Shown here: positions 21,564-31,063 of the stretch, in pieces | Numbering within the stretch: position 1 is the stretch's first letter | How the letters are laid out: every line of letters begins with the position of its first letter | Origin: Candidatus Omnitrophota bacterium | GTDB lineage: Bacteria > Omnitrophota > Gorgyraeia > Duberdicusellales > 4484-171 | NCBI GenBank assembly: GCA_021735655.1 | Contig: JAIPGM010000004.1 | Coordinates: 32,001-96,000, forward strand | Direction of reading: 5' to 3' | DNA: 64,000 nt | Made by a program: the position numbers and the translations under genes | The notes under the pieces: model-generated | The model's database searches: none | What the model saw: only the letters and a program-made list of their open reading frames with translations | Told to the model about the DNA's origin: nothing

Positions 21564-22844
21564 TTAGAATGACTTAAACTGTTCTTTTGGCAAGTTAAAA
21601 TAGCCCATTTTGAGCTTAGGAAACTCTCTTTTGATAGATTTAAGCAGATATAAAATACCTTGAGCTTTTACATTTTTGGTTGGAATTATTTTTCGATAGA
21701 TCTCCGGATCCATATTCAAATTACGCCATTGAATCATATCAATCCCACTATTTTTTATAAGTTTAATCAAACTTTTTATTTGTTTGGTTGAATCTGAAAA
21801 ACCGGGAAAAACAAACAGATTTATCGAAACAAACTTATTATACCTTTTGGCTATCGCTATTGACTTTAAAACATCTGAAAAACTATATCCTTGGGGTTTA
21901 AAATATAGATCATAAAACCTCTTATCTGGACTATTCAAGCTCACCCGAAAAGAATCAATCCCAGCTAAGCATAAATTTTTAATCTTATTGGGCAAGCTAG
22001 CATTAGTATTCATATTGATCGTGCCTCGGGAAGTCAACTTCCTAACCTCAACCACAGCCCTAGCAAGGCTATCTGCGCCTAGCAATGGTTCGCCTTCGCA
22101 ACCCTGACCAAAGCTAACTATAGCTTCTTGGGCCACCCTCAAATGGTTACTCATAACCTCAACCAGCTCATCTCGATCAGGCATAAAACTAATCCGGTTA
22201 TGCGAAGCACAAAGACCTTCCTCTTGATGGCTCAAGCAACCCAAGCATTTTGCATTACAACTTCTGGCTGTCGGCAAAGGTGCCTCCCACCGCTGAAGAA
22301 ACAAATTTTTCGCGGCTAAGCAATTATAATTAAGAGCGCAATTAGCTAAGTGCTGATAAAGCCTATTTTTAGGATATCTTTTAAAAAAGCTTCTCACCCC
22401 TTCTTTAACTCGCTTACCATCGTAAAACCACGGGCTTTGGCGGACTCTTTTATCTACTCTTATAGCGCTAACAACAAAACGACCTCGATGAAAACCACAA
22501 GCAGTATAGGCCCAAAGCGGTAGACATTTTTTACTAATAACCTTTACTACTGGTAGATGTAACCTTAAATAAGCTGGAATCGGAAAAACTGCAACAGCAA
22601 AAACATCCTGGCCCTTAAATTTATCTAAAAGCTCAACTTTCTTGCTTTGAGGATTAAATCCCAGGGGTTTTCGCCCAGGCAGATAAAAAAGAGTTGAGCC
22701 CTTAGGCATTGCAATTATCTCCTGGCCCTTAGGTAAAGAATACTTTCCTAAGCTTTCAACCACCATCTTTAAGGTTGAGTGGTGGTAAACCTTACCCTTA
22801 GAATCGGAAAATAATAAATCAGGTAATTTGGCTATCGAACTCAT
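21564..22844 (-). CDS. Radical SAM protein of unknown function with an about 190-aa uncharacterised N-terminal domain
   Basis: CNAKCLGC (C-x3-C-x2-C) at about residue 196; 426 aa. Convergent with the thi operon. Confidence 0.6.
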   Translation of the reverse strand: MSSIAKLPDLLFSDSKGKVYHHSTLKMVVESLGKYSLPKGQEIIAMPKGSTLFYLPGRKPLGFNPQSKKVELLDKFKGQDVFAVAVFPIPAYLRLHLPVVKVISKKCLPLWAYTACGFHRGRFVVSAIRVDKRVRQSPWFYDGKRVKEGVRSFFKRYPKNRLYQHLANCALNYNCLAAKNLFLQRWEAPLPTARSCNAKCLGCLSHQEEGLCASHNRISFMPDRDELVEVMSNHLRVAQEAIVSFGQGCEGEPLLGADSLARAVVEVRKLTSRGTINMNTNASLPNKIKNLCLAGIDSFRVSLNSPDKRFYDLYFKPQGYSFSDVLKSIAIAKRYNKFVSINLFVFPGFSDSTKQIKSLIKLIKNSGIDMIQWRNLNMDPEIYRKIIPTKNVKAQGILYLLKSIKREFPKLKMGYFNLPKEQFKSF

Positions 22845-22869
22845 AAATCGCTATTTAAGGCGGGGTGAA

Positions 22870-24003
22870 TTAATTAAAAATCAAAATAAGACTACCGAGA
22901 ACAAAAAAAACAAAAGCCATAATTAACTTTATTAAGCCGACGTTTTTCTTTAAAAAGTTATTAAACTTTTGGGATCCTACCCCCACTAATGAAAGAATAA
23001 ACACGATCACTAAAGGAAAAATAAACATCAAATTATAAAGCACCAGATAAAACCAAGCTCTCAAGCGTAGCTGATCGCTCTTTAAAACAAAAACAATAGT
23101 CGGAAGATACAACTGTCCAGTACAAGCTGCTTCGAGCAAAGAGACCATAAACCCAACCGAAAAAGAAGTAATTGCTAACCCCCAAAGGCTATCCTTTTTC
23201 TTATCGCGAAGCTTTGAGCCAATAGTAAGATTTATTTTTTTCTTTAAGAATTTTGGCAACTGCAACAAAGCACCCTCTGACTTCTTGGTTATTTTAAAAT
23301 GGATATAATCATAAATTGCAAAGATACCCATAAAAAAGCAAAAAAAGCCGACAACATAATAAAACCACTTTATAAAAAAAGTAATATTACCCAAAGAGTA
23401 AAAAAACTCAAAAACTCCCAGACCAATTAAAAGATAAGTGATAAAAACAGCAAGGCAATATGAAATTCCTACATAAATTATCTCTCTCTTTTTGTAGCCA
23501 TAAATCGAAAGGAATGATATAAAGAATACAATCACCGCAAAGGCACAAGGATTAACCCCATCGGCCAAACCGCTACCCAGTATTGCAAGAAGCGAAAACT
23601 TTTTAAAAATATCCATTAAGTTTTGTTTAGAAAAGGCCGGTACTCCTACTTTAGTATCAATTACATCCTGAATAGCCTGATCAAGCCCAGCCTGGATTTC
23701 ACCAAAACCAACAAACATCTTATCCCCAACCACAATGCTAGGAACTAGAGCTTTTTCGCGGCCAAACTGCTCACTCAACGATTTAAGCATCTCTAGACTG
23801 GCTGGCTCGCTAACCCCTGACTCCAACCAATCAGCTTTACCTTTATATTTTTCTTTTAGCTCAGGCAAAAGTTCAGCCTTAACTTTATGGCAAACATGAC
23901 AACTAGAAGAAGTAAATACTAAAATTGTTGGCTTATCTTGCGCATAAGAATATCCAATGAGGCCTAAAAAGGCCATAGTTAAAATAATAATTATCTTTCT
24001 CAT
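22870..24003 (-). CDS. Thiol:disulfide interchange protein: periplasmic thioredoxin-like CxxC domain fused to a CcdA/DsbD-type transmembrane domain
   Basis: Signal peptide, then SSSCHVCH (CxxC). Polytopic C-terminal region with NPCAF and EAACTGQ (the two membrane-embedded Cys of the CcdA/DsbD core). Confidence 0.65.
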   Translation of the reverse strand: MRKIIIILTMAFLGLIGYSYAQDKPTILVFTSSSCHVCHKVKAELLPELKEKYKGKADWLESGVSEPASLEMLKSLSEQFGREKALVPSIVVGDKMFVGFGEIQAGLDQAIQDVIDTKVGVPAFSKQNLMDIFKKFSLLAILGSGLADGVNPCAFAVIVFFISFLSIYGYKKREIIYVGISYCLAVFITYLLIGLGVFEFFYSLGNITFFIKWFYYVVGFFCFFMGIFAIYDYIHFKITKKSEGALLQLPKFLKKKINLTIGSKLRDKKKDSLWGLAITSFSVGFMVSLLEAACTGQLYLPTIVFVLKSDQLRLRAWFYLVLYNLMFIFPLVIVFILSLVGVGSQKFNNFLKKNVGLIKLIMAFVFFVLGSLILIFN

Positions 24004-24087
24004 AGTTAGGATTATACCAATTATTGCTAAAAAATCTATACCAGAATTTATATTTCAAAAACAAACAATTTAGGGTAAAATGTAACG

Positions 24088-26730
24088 ATGCTTTACGAAT
24101 TCATCGACAATCAAGGCACATTTAAAGTAAAAAATCCTCAAGGCCACAACCTATATTTCCCGCTTACCAATCGTGATGGCTCACTACTTAGCTCAATAAG
24201 CCCGAATCTTGCTGGAGATATAAAAGCTGACAACGACCATTTTATAACTCCGCCTCTTTCTTTGGTTGATATAAAGACTAACCTCCTTTGTCGACGAGAT
24301 TTCTTTATAAAAATTAGTTCTCCAAACATCAAAACAAAAAATAAAATTTTACGATTATCTAGCCCCTGGAAAGATACCCTCGAAGCAGGATTTCTCTACC
24401 ACAAAGTTATAAAAGAAAGTTCACAGCTAAAAGCAGAAGTTTTAAATTTTATCCCCTACAATCTCGGGGTTGAAATTACCTGGATAAAATTAATCAATAC
24501 AGGCAACACTGCCTTAGAAATAACTCCTACTTCCTTTATGCCTCTCTATGGCCGTGACGCTAATTGTCTTCGCGACCATCGCCACGTAAGTAGCCTCCTA
24601 AATCGAGTTGATCTGACTAAGCACGGAATATTGCTAAAGCCAACTATGGTTTTTGATGAAACCGGTCACAAGGCCAATGATGCAACTTATTTCTCTCTGG
24701 GTTTTCAAGATAACGCTAGAGCCCCATTAGGTCAATTCCCCAGCTTAAACTACTTCTGCGGCCAAGGCGATTTAATTAAACCTGATGCTATTGAGAAAAC
24801 TGTTAAGCCGATCACTAAAAACCAAAAGGAGTTTGACGGAAAAGAGACGATCGCGGCCTTGCTTTTTGATAAAAAAATATTAAAAAAATCGTCTGAAGTA
24901 AATTACTTTTTAATCACCGGTATGGTCAGAGCCTCTAAGGGCAAGGCTAAGCTAGCAATAAACAACATATTCTCAAAGCTAAACACACCGGCTAAAATTG
25001 AAAAAAGCCTATCGGACACTAAGCAATATTGGTTAAAAAATCTTAAAACAATAGACTTTGACTTCGCCAACAAAGATCTAAATAACTGGTTGCTCTGGGT
25101 TAAGTTGCAGCCAACCTTGCGCAAGCTATTCGGCAACTCGTTTCTGCCCCACTTTGACTACGGTAAGGGGGGCCGTGGCTGGCGCGACCTTTCACAAGAC
25201 GCTCTGGCCTTACTACTATCAGAACCGGACAAAGCTAAAAAAATAATTATCAATAATTTTAAAGGTGTCCGGCTGGATGGTTCCAATGCTACGATAATTA
25301 CTAAAAAGGGTGAGTTTCTTTCTGACCGAAACAGCATTCCCAGAGTCTGGATGGACCATGGCATCTGGCCCTACTTATCCCTGCGCCTATACATTAACCA
25401 AACAGCTGACCTTAATATTCTCAATAAAGATATTACCTATTTTAAAGATCACGTCCTAAAAAGAGCCAAGGAAGTCGACCAAAACTTCAAGCAAAAAGAT
25501 TTTTTGCTTCGCGATAAATCAAACCGTATTTATAAAGGCACTGTACTTGAACACATCTTAATTCAACATCTGGTTTCTTTTTTTAATGTTGGAAAACATA
25601 ATATCATCCGTCTAGAGAATGCTGACTGGAACGATGGCTTAGATATGGCCCCAGATTTAGGTGAAAGCGTAGCTTTTAGTTTCATGTACGCTCGGAATTT
25701 AAAAGATTTGGCTTGCCTCTTAAAGCAGCTGAAACAAAAGCAGAAAAAAATAATCTTGCTCAAAGAAATTTCTTTTCTGCTTGATCTAATAAAAAATCCC
25801 ATCAACTACAATGATTTTAAAAATAAACAGCAACGATTGAAAGATTTTTTTGAAAAAACAAAAAATATAGACGGAAAAAAAATTAGCTTGGAAATCGACG
25901 CAGTGATCAAAGATTTAGAAAATAAATCTGACCACCTGCTAAGTTGGCTTAAAAAAAAGGAATGGCTAAAAAATGGTTTCTTTAACGGCTATTACGATAA
26001 TAAAGGAAAAAGGGTTGAAGGCAAAATTAATAAAAAAATTAGGATAGCCCTACCTTCTCAAGTTTTTGCCTTAATGAATAAGGGCCTAGATTCTTATCAG
26101 CTTAAAAAAACTTGGAGCTCAATAAATAAATATTTAAAAGACCCAAAATTGGGTGGCTTTCGGCTAAATAGTGACTTTGGTTCAATTTATCTTGACTTAG
26201 GAAGGGCCTTTGGCTTTTCTTACGGCGACAAGGAAAATGGTGCTTTTTTTAACCATATGGTGATAATGCTTAGTTACGCTCTCTATGGCCAGGAATTAAG
26301 CCAAGAGGGCTCAATAGCCCTAGAATCCATCTATAAGATGGCAACCACCAAGGAAGCTAGAATCTACCCCGGGATTCCCGAATATTTTAACAGCCAAGGA
26401 AAAGGACTTTATCTCTATCTCACCGGATCGGCAAGCTGGTATATCTACACCCTTTTTGAAAAAGTCCTCGGAATTAAACTCACAATCGGTGACATACGTT
26501 TTAAACCGCTTTTAAACGCAGGAAATTTTTTTAAAGATAGGATAAAGGTCAGCTTTTCCTTAGGTAATAAAAAACTAACTATTTGCTACCAAAGAATCAG
26601 CAAAAACAAAATTCTTAAAATAAAAAAATTATTAGTAGCCGGCAAAAAAATAACACCTAAGAATAATAGCTACCTAATAAAAAGAAATTCTTTGAGTAAA
26701 AATACTAGGATTACAGTTTACTTGGGGTAG
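24088..26730 (+). CDS. Large (880 aa) glycoside phosphorylase/hydrolase-like protein, (alpha/alpha)6-barrel GH94/GH65-like
   Basis: YGKGGRGWRDLSQDA and LENADWNDGLDM resemble phosphate-binding and catalytic-acid blocks of GH94-type phosphorylases. No signal peptide. Confidence 0.4.
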   Translation: MLYEFIDNQGTFKVKNPQGHNLYFPLTNRDGSLLSSISPNLAGDIKADNDHFITPPLSLVDIKTNLLCRRDFFIKISSPNIKTKNKILRLSSPWKDTLEAGFLYHKVIKESSQLKAEVLNFIPYNLGVEITWIKLINTGNTALEITPTSFMPLYGRDANCLRDHRHVSSLLNRVDLTKHGILLKPTMVFDETGHKANDATYFSLGFQDNARAPLGQFPSLNYFCGQGDLIKPDAIEKTVKPITKNQKEFDGKETIAALLFDKKILKKSSEVNYFLITGMVRASKGKAKLAINNIFSKLNTPAKIEKSLSDTKQYWLKNLKTIDFDFANKDLNNWLLWVKLQPTLRKLFGNSFLPHFDYGKGGRGWRDLSQDALALLLSEPDKAKKIIINNFKGVRLDGSNATIITKKGEFLSDRNSIPRVWMDHGIWPYLSLRLYINQTADLNILNKDITYFKDHVLKRAKEVDQNFKQKDFLLRDKSNRIYKGTVLEHILIQHLVSFFNVGKHNIIRLENADWNDGLDMAPDLGESVAFSFMYARNLKDLACLLKQLKQKQKKIILLKEISFLLDLIKNPINYNDFKNKQQRLKDFFEKTKNIDGKKISLEIDAVIKDLENKSDHLLSWLKKKEWLKNGFFNGYYDNKGKRVEGKINKKIRIALPSQVFALMNKGLDSYQLKKTWSSINKYLKDPKLGGFRLNSDFGSIYLDLGRAFGFSYGDKENGAFFNHMVIMLSYALYGQELSQEGSIALESIYKMATTKEARIYPGIPEYFNSQGKGLYLYLTGSASWYIYTLFEKVLGIKLTIGDIRFKPLLNAGNFFKDRIKVSFSLGNKKLTICYQRISKNKILKIKKLLVAGKKITPKNNSYLIKRNSLSKNTRITVYLG

Positions 26731-26749
26731 GAAATTCTACCGATATATT

Positions 26750-27250
26750 TTAAAAACCTATCGAAAGAATAAGTTTCGTTTGGTCATTAATATTAACCAA
26801 TTCAACAGTACTTTCAGTAATCTCAACCACTCTATACTCACCAACCAAATCTTCTTCCTTAAGAGTATTACCATTAATGATTGCAACCGGAAAATCTAAA
26901 TCATAGATAATCCCATCAAGACGATAGACCCCTGCTTTTCCTGACCCAGGGACACTCTTTGAGGGAAGTGGCAACTTAAAACCTAAAGATTTTTGTTGAT
27001 CAGACAAGTCTCCTTTCTTTATTAGCGAAAATAAAGAGCTGGCTTTTTCTAGCAAGTATTGTCGGCCAACAGTGAAAGAAAAAACTAAAATAGTTACCGC
27101 TAAAATTACTATTAAAATCGAAATAATTTTTTTGTTCAATGACCACCTTGACTTTTTAGGCTGGGTTAAATTTTTACCTGGCTCTTCTTGAGAGCTACCC
27201 GATTTATCATTACCTTCCAACTTTTTTAAAGCATCATAAATTATACTCAC
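26750..27250 (-). CDS. GspB/PilP-like small membrane-anchored protein (partner of the ExeA-like ATPase)
   Basis: One TM segment; the C-terminal block GIIYDLDFPVAIINGNTLKEEDLVGEYRVVEI is paralogous to the C-terminus of the PilP-like ORF at 29610-29981. Confidence 0.4.
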   Translation of the reverse strand: MSIIYDALKKLEGNDKSGSSQEEPGKNLTQPKKSRWSLNKKIISILIVILAVTILVFSFTVGRQYLLEKASSLFSLIKKGDLSDQQKSLGFKLPLPSKSVPGSGKAGVYRLDGIIYDLDFPVAIINGNTLKEEDLVGEYRVVEITESTVELVNINDQTKLILSIGF

Positions 27251-28044
27251 TGCAACTCCTTAATACATGAAGAGAACATCTCTGGACCAAAAATACTTTT
27301 TTCTTTAACAAATCCTAAAAGTAAAACTCGATCACAAAGCATATTAACTAAACGAGGAATCCCTTTAGAAAATTCATAAATTAACTTAAAAGACTCTGGG
27401 GCAATTACGATATGTTCAGCCTCAGCTTGTCTTAACCGAAAATTAACATACCGCTCCACTTCAGCCTGGTTTAAAGGACTAAGGTTATGTTTTACGAAAA
27501 TACGTTGATGTATTTGTCGTAAATCAAACCGATTAAGCTTTTCAGTCAACTCCGGCTGGCCAACAAGAACAATTTGCAACAACTTATCAGTTGAAGTTTC
27601 TAAGTTAGAAAGTAGGCGGATTTGTTCTAACTGACGATTGCTTAAATCCTGAGCTTCATCAATAATGACTACTGCCTTTTCACCCCTCAAATTAATATCG
27701 ACCAAAAAAGAATTTAGGGCATTGACAATATCGAGACGGGTTTTCTTTTTAAGCTTCAAACCAAAATCCTCTACTATTGCTCGCAATAACTGAACCTCGC
27801 TAAAATAAGGATTAAGGATCAAAGAAGTCCTAGTGTTAGCCGAAATTCGATTAAGAAAAGCCTTACAAAGAGTAGTTTTACCTGTCCCTACTTCGCCAGT
27901 GATAAGAATAATGCCTTTTTTCTCTTGAACTCCATAAGATAACGCCGCCAATGCTTCCTTGTGAGATAAGCTCTCAAAGAAAAATTGTGGATCAGAAGTA
28001 ATATTGAAAGGTATCTTTTTTAAACCGTAAAGTTCTAGGTACAT
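27247..28044 (-). CDS. ExeA/GspA/MshM-like AAA+ ATPase
   Basis: Walker A ITGEVGTGKTTL; Walker B VVIIDEAQ; 265 aa. Adjacent to the secretin gene. Confidence 0.75.
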   Translation of the reverse strand: MYLELYGLKKIPFNITSDPQFFFESLSHKEALAALSYGVQEKKGIILITGEVGTGKTTLCKAFLNRISANTRTSLILNPYFSEVQLLRAIVEDFGLKLKKKTRLDIVNALNSFLVDINLRGEKAVVIIDEAQDLSNRQLEQIRLLSNLETSTDKLLQIVLVGQPELTEKLNRFDLRQIHQRIFVKHNLSPLNQAEVERYVNFRLRQAEAEHIVIAPESFKLIYEFSKGIPRLVNMLCDRVLLLGFVKEKSIFGPEMFSSCIKELQ

Positions 28045-28077
28045 CTTTAGGCTCTATTGATGAAATCAGAAAGAAAA

Positions 28078-29610
28078 CTATTTTTCCTTCTTTTCATTTA
28101 GATTAAACTGAACCGGTATCTGACTTGCCCTTATAAGATCTTGACCGAATATTTCACCAGGCTGTACGATTTCAGCGGTGATAAAAATTAACAAATCAAT
28201 CTTATCAATGTCTTCGGTTTGACGCTTAAATAACCAACCAATTAAAGGTATCTTGCTTAAATAAGGTATACCAATATCATACCTGCTTTTTACATCTTTA
28301 AGCAAACCACCAATGACAATCGTCTCGCCGTCTTTAGTTATTACTTGAGTTTCTGCTTCTCGAGATGTAAGCCAAGGATAAGAAACAAGGGTGGTTTGAT
28401 TTTGATCAACGACTCCGATGTCACTTAAACGAGCGGTAACCGCCGGATGGACAATCATACTGATAAAATCTTCGTTCTCGCCGCAAATCTGAGGCACAAC
28501 ATTAAGTTGAATTCCAATATCCTGATAGAAATCTAGAGAACCGCCAGTAATCTGAGAAGTTTCACTACTGGTTTCGGTTTTAACAATTGGGTATTTCTGT
28601 CCAACAAGAATAGATGCTTCCTGGTTATTCAGAGTAAGGATTACCGGCGCCGAAAGCGTATTAGTCCGAACATCTTCCTCAAGAGCATGAATTATCATCT
28701 CAAACTCAGTACCAGTAAGCTTACGGTACAAAAATTGATAAGCATTAGAAGTGATACCGCTTGCCCCGGAAGGTGTTGATGATATTGAAGGTATCGGAGA
28801 TATCGCCCGAATTGCTGCCTGGCCAATAAGATCACCGGCACTATTTTTATCAGCATCTACATATTGAGCTGAGCTTGCAGTCGCTCCGGTTGTACCAGTT
28901 CCCCAGTCAAGACCAAAATCTTCAAGCACGTCTTTACTAACCTCCATAATCCTGGTTTTTATCAAAATCTGTTTCGGCATAACATCAATTTTTTCAAAAA
29001 GGGTATCTATCTCATCTAATTTCTTAGCAATATCGGAAACAACCATTATCTTAGTCCGAGAGGTTTTTCCTTCTTTGACTCTTTGTCTTTTAGTAACATC
29101 GGTACCAAACTCCCAACCAGCCTGGCCAGTAGTTTCTAAAACTGAAATTCTTCCCATCGGAGAAAGTAACGGCTCAATCATTTTCCTAGCATCATTAGCA
29201 TCGATGAATTTTAAGCGATAAACTTTAGTCCGAGCAGGCTCCACCTCCTGACGCTCTTTAGCTGAAGCTTCTCTTCCGCTTATCTTTTCAGTAGTGTCTA
29301 CCAAAACTATATTTTCTCCGACCCACTCATAACTATAATTATAGGGGCGGATGACTGCCTCAAGGGCAGTAAACCAATCTACTTGCTCTAAATTTATACT
29401 AACTAAACCTTGAACCTCGGGACTCACCACTATGTTGATTTTTTGACCTTCTTTGTAAGCTTTTTGAGCTATTGACTGAAGAACAATTTTGATGTCGACA
29501 TCTTTAAACTTAATTACCGATATTGACTCATTTTGAGCACACACAAAGCTAGCCGGGATCAAACAACAAACAATAAACAATAATATAATTGATTTTTTAT
29601 ATTTTTTCAC
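28078..29610 (-). CDS. pilQ: Type IV pilus / T2SS-type outer-membrane secretin
   Basis: Signal peptide, STN-like N-terminus (VIKFKDVDIKIVLQSIA), secretin C-domain (NQEASILVGQKYPIVKTETS...LLIFITAEIV). Confidence 0.85.
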   Translation of the reverse strand: MKKYKKSIILLFIVCCLIPASFVCAQNESISVIKFKDVDIKIVLQSIAQKAYKEGQKINIVVSPEVQGLVSINLEQVDWFTALEAVIRPYNYSYEWVGENIVLVDTTEKISGREASAKERQEVEPARTKVYRLKFIDANDARKMIEPLLSPMGRISVLETTGQAGWEFGTDVTKRQRVKEGKTSRTKIMVVSDIAKKLDEIDTLFEKIDVMPKQILIKTRIMEVSKDVLEDFGLDWGTGTTGATASSAQYVDADKNSAGDLIGQAAIRAISPIPSISSTPSGASGITSNAYQFLYRKLTGTEFEMIIHALEEDVRTNTLSAPVILTLNNQEASILVGQKYPIVKTETSSETSQITGGSLDFYQDIGIQLNVVPQICGENEDFISMIVHPAVTARLSDIGVVDQNQTTLVSYPWLTSREAETQVITKDGETIVIGGLLKDVKSRYDIGIPYLSKIPLIGWLFKRQTEDIDKIDLLIFITAEIVQPGEIFGQDLIRASQIPVQFNLNEKKEK

Positions 29611-29981
29611 TATTCCTCCAGTTCTAAAGTAAACCCTTGGTTATTTTTCTCTAGAATAACTTTCCTTCTTTCAATAGTTAAGACTTTATACTCACCAATC
29701 ATGTCTCCGATTTTAACTACTTCATTATTAATAATTGCCACTGATTCTTCTTCAGAGTATATTATACCTCCTAATTCCATGTTTGTAACGTCTGTTTCGC
29801 GAGGTATAAGAATTAGCCCATTTCGGCTAACTAAAGGGACAAACGGATCCCGGCTATTTAGCCCAAAAGAATATTTTTCTAAACTCGCATCGGTGGTCGC
29901 CGTTTGAGAGAATCCCAAAGTCGGCAAAACCAACAATAACGAAATAAAAAATACAACTATTACTTTTCGGCTATCGCGCAT
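29610..29981 (-). CDS. PilP-like pilus assembly lipoprotein/periplasmic protein
   Basis: 123 aa with signal peptide; its position between pilO and pilQ; beta-domain shared with the 26750-27250 ORF. Confidence 0.45.
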   Translation of the reverse strand: MRDSRKVIVVFFISLLLVLPTLGFSQTATTDASLEKYSFGLNSRDPFVPLVSRNGLILIPRETDVTNMELGGIIYSEEESVAIINNEVVKIGDMIGEYKVLTIERRKVILEKNNQGFTLELEE

Positions 29982-30499
29982 ACTACTATTTCTATAGAAT
30001 TATAAGGGTAATCTGAAGAAACTTTTAACTCTTTAATATCAAAAAAATATTGGCTAGTTTGAAGATATTCCAAAAATAAAGCTAAGTTATGAAATTTAGC
30101 TTTGGCCTCTATACTGATTGGCAAATAGAATAAATTCTCTTCCGATTCCGCAAGATAGTTAATCAATTCGCCAGGGAGAAAAGACTTTATCTCTACCCCA
30201 AACTCCTTGCTAGCGGTTGAAATAAAAGATAGTGATTCTGAAGCTTCCTGAGAAAGAATGAGCTTGCTTCGACTATTCTCTATTTGATTTTTAAGCTCTT
30301 GATTAACCTTTGAATACTCATTAAGCCTAGGCCAATCATTCTCGGTGCTCTTAATTTGCTGACCGATTAAAGCGATTTTCTTATTAAGGCCAATCACTCT
30401 CTTTATGCTCCAAGGAAGCAAAATCAGTATTTCAATTACAATGACCGCGATTAAAAGTGAAAACGCAATTATTTTTTTATCAAAATTTATTTTTTGCAT
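29960..30499 (-). CDS. PilO-like inner-membrane pilus assembly protein
   Basis: Single N-terminal TM plus coiled coil, 179 aa; its position in the pilMNOPQ order. Confidence 0.5.
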   Translation of the reverse strand: MQKINFDKKIIAFSLLIAVIVIEILILLPWSIKRVIGLNKKIALIGQQIKSTENDWPRLNEYSKVNQELKNQIENSRSKLILSQEASESLSFISTASKEFGVEIKSFLPGELINYLAESEENLFYLPISIEAKAKFHNLALFLEYLQTSQYFFDIKELKVSSDYPYNSIEIVVCAIAEK

Positions 30500-31050
30500 T
30501 CGACAATGAATTTTAGAACCTCAGCATTATTGAAATTTTCCTTTTGGGATTCCTTTATTTCAACTACCGAGAATTGTGAAGAAAAGTACTCTCGCTCACG
30601 CAAAGATCTAATAAAATCATTTAAAGATACTAAAAAATCTTTATTCCATTTCACCACATAGCCTTGAATTTCTAGAGTTCCTTCCTGAAAATCTAAATTT
30701 TGAAACCATATGTTTTTAGGTAGTGAGAAAAAAATATCCCCTAAAATAAGGGACATTTTATAGCGCGGGGTTAAAACTTTATCTAACCTGTCGCGTTTTG
30801 TTTTTAAATTATTGGTTTGCTGCTTGATATCCTGCAGGGTTTTAGCTTTTGACTCCCATTGCTGCCAATTTTTAGCCTCAGAAGAGTAAGTATGGGCCTT
30901 TTTCAAAGCTATTACCTGAAGCAATAAAACCATGGCCAAGCCAACAATGGCAACCACAATCAACAAAGGAAGATAGGCGATTAAATTTCCTAAATCTAAT
31001 TTCATCGCCTTTTGTTTTTGAGGACTTAAATTTATAACTACTTTTTTCAT
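30487..31050 (-). CDS. PilN-like inner-membrane pilus assembly protein
   Basis: Single TM (LPLLIVVAIVGLAMVLLLQVIAL), 187 aa; directly downstream of the pilM-like gene. Confidence 0.55.
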   Translation of the reverse strand: MKKVVINLSPQKQKAMKLDLGNLIAYLPLLIVVAIVGLAMVLLLQVIALKKAHTYSSEAKNWQQWESKAKTLQDIKQQTNNLKTKRDRLDKVLTPRYKMSLILGDIFFSLPKNIWFQNLDFQEGTLEIQGYVVKWNKDFLVSLNDFIRSLREREYFSSQFSVVEIKESQKENFNNAEVLKFIVECKK

Positions 31051-31063
31051 GCTAATAAATACA

